From Chrysomallon squamiferum (Eukaryota > Animalia > Mollusca), in the NCBI GenBank assembly GCA_012295275.1, contig CM022666.1, positions 11,594,001-11,658,000 of the forward strand: a stretch of DNA of 64,000 bases, given 5' to 3'. The first letter of the stretch is position 1. Each line of letters begins with the position of its first letter. This document shows positions 1 through 10,335 of the stretch, in pieces. A model generated the notes under the pieces. That model was given only the letters and a program-made list of their open reading frames with translations, ran no database searches and was not told where the DNA came from. The translations under genes and the position numbers were made by a program.

Positions 1-87
1 TTAATTTATTTAGTTAGTTAATTATATATTTATTTAATTATGTAGTTAGTTATATATATATATATTTATTTATGTAGTTAATTATAC

Positions 88-119
<32 letters not shown>

Positions 120-1140
120 TTCTAATTATAAGGTGGAGACACAATTCCAGTTGTTTTTAAATAGAATTCATCTCTATACATGCTGGAGGAAGGAAGAAAT
201 GTTTCAGTGAACTGAGTAAAACATTCAATAATTTTTAATCTACAGATTTAAAGCAAATACATTTAAAGGTCATCACTGGTCGTGTTATGTGTCTTTTTCG
301 TCAACAGTGAAGGAGTCTGTGAACTCTCACAGACAACAAGACTCAAACTGTGCACACTGAGGATTGATATCACAACTTTATGGTGCACATCTGTGTCTCT
401 GCTTACCTGTCAGAAAAATCATTTAAAATTTTAAAAAAACCTAGAATATCAGTTGGATGTTACACAAATTGATGAAAACAAGAAAGACAACTTTTCATCA
501 TACAAACACTGAAACTTGTGTTTCATGAGTGTGAGCTCACAAATTGAAACTGAGATGCAAGACAACATTGTTTTGTGTTGATATTCTGTTACTGAAGAAG
601 AAAAAAAAATGAAGATTTAGGAAGCAAATAAAAATAAATAAATAAAAATTACAACACTCCTGCATAGTTGTGTTGTATTTGCACATGCTGAAATGTTCAT
701 TGTGTTGCTATTGATTGGAAGCAGCTGTTTCAGTGTGGGTATATTGATATTTGTTGATCAAACCTCAGTTTTGTAAGAAGCAACCACATTTTTCTTTTAG
801 TTTTTATTCACGTGTAGTTTGTTTCAGCAGTAATCAGATGTAAGTAAAACTATCATTTGTTAGAATTCTAACGTTTTATATTGAGTATTAACGTTATCTT
901 CAACTACATCTAGTATAATTTTATACAGGTTAAAGTTTAATGTTTATTATTAAGACGTTAACAAGATATATTATTAATTTTGTTGTTGTTGTTGTTTTTG
1001 TAACACGATACCAGTTAGAGAAAGATAGTTTTATTAACATTTAGCAAATATATTAATGTTGTTAAAATTTAAGTAAGTATAAAATAGAGACAGAGTTTTG
1101 TGCGTGCATACTCAGATACTTAGACAAAATTACTGATCAT

Positions 1141-1311
1141 GGCCGTAACTGGACTCTTTTTGAAATGAGGCAAAAACACTTAATCGCCAATAAACCTGTT
1201 TGATGTTGATATCTTTGAAGTCAGTTACGTCTTTCATCGCAATGATGGCGGTAGACTTCAAACGGTAACCGTAAACACCAACGAATTCATACAGTGGATA
1301 TCATCGTATCA
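1141..1311. repeat. Dispersed direct repeat, copy 1 (partner at 9246-9505)
   Basis: GTAACT..CTC..TTTGAAA.GAGGCAAA.ACACTTA and ATAAACCTGTTT.ATGT...TTTGAAGTC.GTTA.GTCTTTCATCGCAA.GATG.CGGTAGACTTCAA...ACGAATTCAT.CAGTG.ATATC are shared with copy 2. Confidence 0.85.
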
Positions 1312-1336
1312 TTTACCTCAGTGTAGTTCCTCCTAA

Positions 1337-1381
<45 letters not shown>

Positions 1382-1614
1382 CACACTGAGAGAGAGAGAG
1401 AGAGGAACGGACATTATTTTTGATTGGTTGCGAAATATGAACGGTTGAAAAAGAATGCGATGCTGCATTGAAAAATGTCTTATAGACGTTTCTGTTAAAT
1501 TTGGTAAAACGTGGCAGTTACTTAAGAGGAAAAAATCTTTACCGAGTTTGTTAGTACGACCCAGCGCAGTCGTTTTTTTATGCGGCTTAAATATCAACAA
1601 TTGTCTACATATAC

Positions 1615-1675
<61 letters not shown>

Positions 1676-1854
1676 TAATTTGACAGAGATAAACATATTC
1701 GGTTTAGATAAGTAAATGTTACAACATTCACACGTACAGACACATAATTCTATCCAACATGAAATGCTAGATTATATTTAAAATGATGAAATCCATGTGT
1801 AATTGATTTTTCATATTCTATGTATTATATCTATAATATATATATATATATATA

Positions 1855-2081
1855 CAGTGGCATGCAGAGGGTGGTGTCGTAGGGGTCGTGGCCCTGGGCA
1901 TCCAAATGGGGGGGGGGCTTCCAATCAAAGAACTGAATTTGGTTGATTTATATTTAAATCGAATAAAGTGTTTATTTTATGTTTCATCTATGTTTACATT
2001 TATGTCATAATATTTCTCAGTACAAGGCTTAAACTTGAGTCTTTGGGGCACACAATCATACCAGACCTCTGCCCGCCACTG
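1855..2081. mobile_element. MITE (hAT-like ends)
   Basis: Left end CAGTGGCATGCAGAGG matches the reverse complement of the right end, CAGTGGCGGGCAGAGG, at 14 of 16 positions. GC-rich subterminal tracts. The target-site duplication is obscured by simple repeats. Confidence 0.7.
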
Positions 2082-2132
2082 TATTATTATTATTATTATT
2101 ATTATTATTTCATTTTACATTTTACAGAGAAA

Positions 2133-3542
2133 ATGCGACGAAAGAGAGTTAAAATTCTGTTTATCTGCACAGTCTGTGTTATCACAGTTAACATATACAA
2201 CATGATGCGCTCAAACATTGATACCCCGTTCGCAGACGAAAAGCGAAACAGTCTTCTGTTTGATACTCGCTTCGTGAAAAACGTTAGGCAAAGTAAAGGA
2301 AGTGTCTATAATGAAATAAACGTCATAAATGAGGATATTAAACACGAATCTAAAAGTTCCTCACTCAGACACACTGAGAACAGTCAGGGATACGTCACAG
2401 TACACAACATCGCGGGTAGCTACAGAGGAAACGAGTCGATGGTTAAAATGTATCCTCAGCGTTTCGTAGAATGGAATCCAGAAAATGGAAGTGGTAAGCA
2501 CGTTTATCGGTTAAGATGATATTTAGCTGTAAACAAAATTTCATTAATAATAATAATACAATCGAACTATCAGATTATGTATGTATTTATATCTAAATAT
2601 ATCTGTCTGTGTCTATACCCATATTTACATTTTCAGGAGAAAACAATCGTCCTTTCCAAGTAAACCCAGGTTCTCTTTCGTCATTCGAGAAGAAGGTGTA
2701 TGACGAAGGTTACGCCAATAACTCGTTCAATCAGTGGGCCAGTGACAGAATCTCCGTCACCAGAAGACTGCCTGACATACGATCCAAATCGTCCGTTTCT
2801 ACATTTATCTTTACACACTCACATTTAGACACACACAGACACAAACACACACACAGAACAATAATTGTATTACTGTAATGATAATGGTAATGAAATTTGG
2901 TTATTTGTTTTCTGATGCAGCTGTAAGTCGCGAGTTTACTCGGATTTACCTGAAGCCAGTGTTATCATTGTTTTTCGGAACGAGGCTTGGTCGGTTCTCT
3001 TGCGCAGTGTGCACAGTGTCATTAACCGATCCCCGCCAGATCTGCTCAGAGAAGTCATTCTGGTGGACGATTATTCAGACCACAGTAAGCTCTTCAGAAT
3101 ATACACGAACAGCATAAACGTAATATTAATAGCAGTAGTAGCAGAAGCAAATAATCTCTCTGAGACATGGATAAGCCAGTAAACTTGAAAATATTAGAAA
3201 AGAAAAAAGTTTTAATAAGCATAATTTAAAAATATAATAATTTTGTCAATAACTCGGTTTATCAGTAAACTGTTGAGGGATTTCTGTGTATTTTCTGCTA
3301 GTCGTACTGAAGAAGCCACTAGACGAGTACATGAGTCAGCTGGGCAAAGTGCGTGTTCTGCGCACTGAGAAGCGAGAAGGTCTCACTCGAGCTCGGCTGC
3401 TTGGTTACAGAGCTGCACAAGCTCCAGTACTGGTGTTCCTCGACTCTCATATCGAGTGTTTTCCAGGTACACATTATTTTATGCCTCGACGAGAACAGTA
3501 TAGTAGAATTCATAAAACCGATAAAGAAAACACAATTAATAT

Positions 3543-3581
<39 letters not shown>

Positions 3582-5489
3582 GATAAAAATAGTAATCATA
3601 AAATCAAAATAAAATAAAATAAATAAATAAATAGTAGATTTATTAAAAGACACAGATTTAAAACATTTAATGTATCATTCTTATTTCAAGTGGTTGAAGT
3701 GTGTCGAGTTATCAGTGTGATAACTACAGTTATCGAATACACTTTTTAAAATTTGTTTTAATTCAGGTTGGCTTGAACCTCTTTTATTCCGAATAAAACA
3801 GTCTCCCAGATCATCTCCGTTTCCAGTGATTCAGCAGATAAACCAGGACAACTTCGAGATAACGAGGCACAGCGCGGACTTCGTGGGCACGTTCCGCTGG
3901 AACGGACTCATCTTCCACTGGAAACTTCCTTCCAACTCGTCCATCAGCAATGACGTTTTAATGTAAGAATTAGTTTCATCTACAGTTTCATAACGGGAGA
4001 AAAACGATTTACTTTAAAATAATGTTGGTATCATTTTTTTCTGAAACTTATTTATGTTACAGTTTGTTCGCATCCTTTCATCTTTATTTCTGCTGGGTTT
4101 TCTGGGTGTTTTTTTTTTGACGCATACAACTGTTCTAACAACTGCTATAACATAATTATACTCATTAACATCACTGCGTGGCTTGAACTGTTCGAGTTAA
4201 GCAAAGCTGAAAACGAAAAAGAAAAAAGAAATTAAATAATTTCCCTTTATCTTCATTTATAAATTAGTATTTATTTAACAGTAGTAATATTCATATTCAG
4301 TCTGCCTTTTACATGATTTATTAATGATTAATAGATACAATGAAGAGGAATCTGTAACTGAAGTTTAAGGTGTTACTGTTTTGTTGCTATTTCTAGGTCT
4401 CCCACGATGCCTGGTGGGCTGTTTGCAATCAATAAAAACTTTTTCACAAAAATTGGGACTTACGACCCGGGTTTGGATTACTGGGGAGGCGAAAATTTGG
4501 AGCTTTCTTTCAAGGTAAATTTTGTTACGTTTAAAATAACACAGAGAGGCAGACAGTTTTAACATACGTAAACTTTTATAACAAATAACTATGTTTGCGT
4601 TAACGTTCCAATTTGTTTTAAACACAGTAACCATGAAAATAAAATAAAATAATATTTATTATTACAACATCAACAACATTTGATGGATTAATATCCTAGA
4701 CAAAGGAAAATCATTTGATTTCTAGAATAACATTTTCTAGCTAAGAACAGTTGAAATATGGAGCAGCATAATTTGTTAGTCACTCCATGTCACATAAATT
4801 AAAAACGCTACATGAAGTGATTCAGTGTTTCTCGTAAACTAGATCTGCAGTTGGAACCTGTCCATGTGACAGCAAGCATTTCCTTTTTTGTCGGGTAATA
4901 CAAAAATTAGGCACGCTCTGCTTACAGAAGAATGACAAAAAATTATTAAGTGCAGAAATAAACAAATTTAATGTCTACGTTGACAAATGTGAGTTAAAGC
5001 AGACAGTCTGGTTAAATGGTATAATGCGCGATCTGTTCTTGATCGTAACAAAGTAGGTCTCTTACAGCAGATTATTATTATTATTTTTATTATTGTTATT
5101 ATTATTGTTATTATTGTTATTATTATTATTATTATTGTTGTTATTATTATTATTGTTATTATTATAGGTGTGGATGTGTAACGGAAGTGTGGAGCTGTCA
5201 GTGTGTTCGCACGTGGGTCATGTATTTCGGAGTAAAAATCCAAACCTGTGGCCAGAAAATAAAACAGGGAATCACCTCCCACCAACAATCGCCAACGCTT
5301 TCAGAGTCGCCGATGTGTGGATGGACGAGTACAAACAATACGTGTTTGAACCTGTAACTTTAAAAGTGAGTTTCTGCAGTTTTAGTACCTTAGCATGGAG
5401 GGAAGTGTTTCCAGATTAGTACTGCCAGACAAGCTTTCAGAGTAAAAGTTTAAAAAATATACTGTAATCAAACTCATTGATCTTGTCAC

Positions 5490-5525
<36 letters not shown>

Positions 5526-6598
5526 AATCTATAATTATTATTTATTTATTTACTTTTTACTATTATTATTATTCTTATTATTATCACTTTTGTAGTTGTT
5601 ATTACTTAAATGCATTTCAACATGTTTTAAATCTTGCTCTGTTTATGTTTTATTTTCCACATGTTTTAATTCTTGCACTGTTTATGTTTTATTTTCAACA
5701 TGTTTTAATTCTTGCTCTGTTTATGTATATTTTCCACAGGGCGACTATGGGGATGTGTCTGAGAGAAAGAAACTTCGTCAGAGTCTGCACTGTAAAAGTT
5801 TCGACTGGTACATGAAGAACGTGCATCCTGAAAAACGTGTTCCCAACGACACGCTTTACGTGGGAGAAGTAAGTTTGATGATTTTGAAAACTCGTTTCAG
5901 AAATAGCCATCAGGCCTCTTCTCTGTGCAAAATCTATGTCTAGTTCGCGTTAAATTTAAATAACAAAATCCTAAACGGTTTTAATTCGTTTGACTATAAA
6001 GTGATAAACAGACAAAACTTCCCCGTGCTTGTTTATGTACAATGGAGCGGTAATATAACTGATGTTCATCATCGCTATAATTAAATATTTTATGTAAGCT
6101 GTTATTTGATTTTAGATTCGGAGCGAAGCCTTCCACAGAATATTTTGTCTCGACAGCATGGGCGACAACAAACAGCCAGCTCTCTATCAGTGTCACGGTC
6201 AGGGACTTAATCAAGTATGTTTTAAAAACATGTATCACACGTTCGTCTTAGATAAAGTCATATGTTAAAGCCATGTACTGACAATAATTTACAAATGTCT
6301 TTAAAATACTGATCCATGCTTTATTTATTATTCTGTTAATACGGATTTTACAAACGGTTGTTATCCAAAGATATGACTGAAATTTTCTTACTCTTTAAAC
6401 TGCTAAAATATTTTGTGCGGTGCTACTGTTTAATTTTCGTTTCAATACCAAATCTGTTTAATCTTCAGTTTTGGTACATCTCTAAGCGTGGACAAATTGA
6501 GCAAGAACCAGATTTTTTATGTGTTGTAAATGGAAAATTGAAAAAACAGAGCACAGAATGTAATCATAATCGACCCGAATGGGAATATCTACCGGTAA

Positions 6599-6667
<69 letters not shown>

Positions 6668-6913
6668 CACAGTAACACACATACACACACACACAAACAC
6701 AGAGGCATATACAGCATACATGTACACATTTTCACAAATGGATGTTTTATGGGTAACACATTTCTGTTAAAAAACATTACACTAATACAACAAATGGAAT
6801 TAAATGTTGCTAACACCACTGACAGGTGAAAATTTACTTGTGATAAAAGTTTTAGTAAGTCACGTGATTTATTTCATATGTCTGACATATACATATACAA
6901 ACTTATTATAAAA

Positions 6914-6944
<31 letters not shown>

Positions 6945-7137
6945 TATTATTATTATTATTATTATTAATATTATTATTATTAATTTTTTTTCACAGAATG
7001 GGTCACTACAGAACGTAGATTCCAGGCTTTGTCTTGAAGCTATGCAAGATAAGACTATTGACTTGAAACCGTGCAACAACTCACTTTATCAGAAATGGAC
7101 TGTAAAAAAGAAAATCAGGAAACTTTATGGCACATAG
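2133..7137 (+). CDS. GALNT: Polypeptide N-acetylgalactosaminyltransferase (GT27 family, type II Golgi membrane protein with C-terminal ricin-B lectin), 11 coding exons, 616 aa
   Basis: Exons 2133-2493, 2637-2790, 2921-3084, 3302-3466, 3767-3962, 4397-4514, 5168-5365, 5740-5868, 6116-6214, 6469-6594 and 6997-7137 all have GT-AG borders with matching phases and sum to 1851 nt. Motifs: MRRKR followed by a transmembrane helix; [19 protein letters not shown]; [38 protein letters not shown]; [11 protein letters not shown]; FLDSH (DxH); GWLEPLL; [11 protein letters not shown]; [15 protein letters not shown]; VGHVFR; VWMDEYK; CKSFDWY; lectin CLD...CHGQGLNQ and CLE...QKW. The paralog number cannot be assigned. 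Confidence 0.96.
5621..5739 (+). repeat. Three ~39-bp tandem copies ending at the GALNT exon 8 acceptor
   Basis: CATGTTTTAA(A/T)TCTTGC(T/A)CTGTTTATGT(T/A)... copies start at 5621, 5660 and 5699. Confidence 0.9.
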
Positions 7138-7842
7138 TATTTGAAAAAGATTTCATTAATTTTGTTCATGTTCATTCATGGCTCATTAAAAAGAACACAA
7201 TCGTCTGTATTACTTTTTTTTTAGTTCTTTTTTTTGTTGGGGGTTGGTAGGCTTTTGGGTTTTCTTCTTTTTTTAAAAAAAAAAAAAAGAACAATATATA
7301 CAAAACAACAACACGTAGTTATAAGCAAATTTATTATCACAAGAAAGTAATAAATTATTCAATGATAATACACTTGTTAATTTATAAATAAGTAAATAAA
7401 TAATGTAAATAATCAATATTGTGCAGAATGTTTTAATGTGAAATGCAATTCAGAATAAAACCTGGTTTATTTCAGGCCATAATAACAGGGATAAACTAAA
7501 TATACAAAATTATTAATAATTTGTAGACTATTTTGAAGATCATTTATTTGAAATAATAATAATAATAATAATAATAACAACAACAACAACAAAACAATAA
7601 TAACAACAATAAAAAAAACAATAATAATAATAATAATAACAACAACAACAATAACCACAAAACAATACAGTGGCGTGCATAGGTGTGGTGATGCCCGGGG
7701 CCATCTGCTTGACTGTCTGCCCCAAAGACTCAAATATAAGTCCGTGTACTGAGAAATATTATGAGAAAGGAAGATTTTCTGAATATGTAAACATAGATGA
7801 AACATAAAATAAACACTTTATTCTATTTAAATATAAATCAAC

Positions 7843-8010
7843 TACTTACTACTGTAAAACATCGCTGTTATACTTATTTCTGTAAAACATCGTAGTTATA
7901 CTTATTTCTGTAAAACATCGTAGTTATACTTATTCTGTAAAACATCGTTGTTCTACTTACTACTGTAAAACATTGTTATTGTACTTACTACTGTAAAACA
8001 TTGTTATTAT
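7843..8010. repeat. ~28-bp tandem repeat, about 5-6 units
   Basis: TACTTA(C/T)T(A/T)CTGTAAAACAT(C/T)G(T/C)(A/T)GTTA repeated. Confidence 0.85.
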
Positions 8011-9245
8011 AGTACTATCATCAGCAACATATATGTCATCTTCCATATAGATATTACTGTTCTTCTCTTTACTGTTTTACTGTCATTTTTAGTTTTTGTA
8101 TTTTTCATTTTGACTATTAATATTTTGTTGTTGTTCTCATTAATATTATTGTTTCCGTTGCTGCTGTTATTTTATTTTGTTGTCGATGTGTTGTCTGCTC
8201 GCGTCCTGTTAGTTAATAATAATACTGTTGATTTCATTATTACTGTGTTTTTGTTATTACTGTCATTTTCATTATTGTCGTTGTTGTTGTTTATGTAGTC
8301 TTAGCCATGTTATTTTTTTTTCTAACAGTTCTGTATTATTATTGTTGTTGTTGTTGTTTACTGAGTTTTATATGATTAGTGCAATTAATTACACTCGCGA
8401 TATAAGGAAACTAGTTTAATGAATCCCGGAAAATAAAAACATTTTTTTGTAATATTTATTTTAACTTTATTTTTATAAATAAAAAATAATCTAAAATCGA
8501 GACATATATAAATATAACTGGTGTAACAGTTATAGAAATTCACGTTATCAAATCGTTTTTGCTTATTGAAAGTGAACTCTTGATTTCTATTTTATATGAA
8601 AACAGAATGTGTAGAAAAAATGACACTGATGATTAATGTAAAGTAATTTTAAATGTTGTTACAACGTACACAAGTTAAACCTACAGGTTTAAGAAAATAA
8701 ATAAACGCCAAAGAAGAAAGTTTTGTGACGTTTGCTAAGTTTAAACTCGTCATTGAACGGTGCAGGTCAGAACGAAAACTTAATCTTGTTGTTATTGTTA
8801 TTTATTTATCTGTTTATTTATTTATTTATTTATTTATATTTTTTATGTCTGATAGTGACATCTAACATGAATGAAATATTTGTTTCAGTTACGCAAAGCG
8901 TACTATTTTTAGAATATTTTATCTGATTTGAAAATAAAATAGCGTTTCGTTATAAATAGCATATATAATTAATAATAATCATCGGACTCAAGTGGTTAAG
9001 CGATAACTCTCCGATCAGCAAAGATTATTAATATTTTCACATGCAGTCTTTAGAAACAATAAATAATTTTATGGAAATAATAATAACAAACTATTTACTT
9101 GTTTTAACGATATATAAGATCCAAGAAATGTAAATAGAATAAGCATAATATTATGGGAAGTAATAAAAATAAGATCGAAAATGAAAATGAATAAAAAAAA
9201 AAAATTTAAATATTTTTTTTGAAACTATTCATATTTATATAACGT

Positions 9246-9505
9246 GGTTGTAACTAGTCTCTGTTTGAAACGAGGCAAATACACTTACTGGGGAGGTGTC
9301 TGGGGGCTAAATGACAATACACACTGTACCGGGGCAGGAACCGGGCTAAGACTGAAACGTGTGGATAGGATGCTGTAAACCAAGTGTTCGATAAACCTGT
9401 TTAATGTCTGATGTTTTTGAAGTCGGTTATGTCTTTCATCGCAACGATGTCGGTAGACTTCAACGTAGTCATAAACGAATTCATTCAGTGAATATCGTTT
9501 CTATC
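9246..9505. repeat. Dispersed direct repeat, copy 2 (carries about 95 extra bp)
   Basis: Same blocks and orientation as 1141-1311, plus an extra segment at about 9288-9388. Confidence 0.85.
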
Positions 9506-9815
9506 GGAATAGAGATTTATATTTTATATTTTTAAAATAAAATATTTGCATTAAAAAAAAAAAAAAAAAAAAAAAAAATCCTCTTTTGCACAGTGGAGTT
9601 ACGGCCATTATAACTTTTATGAAAATAAAAATATTTGTTACTTTTAAATCGTTTACATTCGCCAGTTACAAATTATTTCCCTTAGCTCTCTCCTTATCTA
9701 GTAAAACTGAATATAAGTACAATTATTGTAATACCATTAGTTGTTCAGAGCTATTTTCATTTATTAATAACATTAAATATTGATAGCCAGATGATAACTA
9801 TTATCACACTCTCTC

Positions 9816-9857
<42 letters not shown>

Positions 9858-10335
9858 TATTATCATTTATTTTTTTTATTTTTTTTAAACGTGATATTTA
9901 TGACATACTTTTGACAAATATACAGTCTACATTACGCATCGCCCAGCTTCAAAGACAATAATCGCAATGTTTCGGTTATCTCCCTTGTGGCATGGACAAA
10001 GAAATTTAATAGCTATTGCTGCTCTTTTCCAATCTATCGCGTTGAATTATTTAGGTTACCGATTTTCGTCTTTGTGTTTCTCAGGATGTACATCATTTTT
10101 ACCTCAGGTGATACAAAAGCTTTAAGGTTTTATAATTATCGTAACTTTAGATTTTTGTAACATGGATATTGTGTTTTATCTAGAGAATGTTTTGGATTAT
10201 ACTTCTATTTACGTAAATGTCTGTTATTTTCGTATTTATCAATGAATCAAGGCGAATCGGTGTTGTCCTATTTTGTTCCCTGTGTAAAATATATCTCGCA
10301 GTAAACTACATGAATGAACGCCAGAGTGGTGGAAA

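Noticed and set aside
1313-1696. ORFs with HTHTHT, CVCVCV, YIYIYI, IIII or YYYY runs here and throughout the window
   Set aside because: They are translations of (CA)n, (TA)n and (TAT)n microsatellites.
1968-2132. N-terminal extension of the 183-aa ORF
   Set aside because: It starts at GTG inside a MITE and crosses a TAT microsatellite. The acceptor at 2127 and ATG at 2133 give the proper type II membrane start.
5001-5060. tRNA-like A-box sequence (GTCTGGTTAAATGGTATAA)
   Set aside because: No B box or cloverleaf can be built; at most a decayed SINE head.
7668-7725. CAGTGGCGTGCATAGG MITE-like end
   Set aside because: No matching opposite end was found, so the element cannot be delimited.
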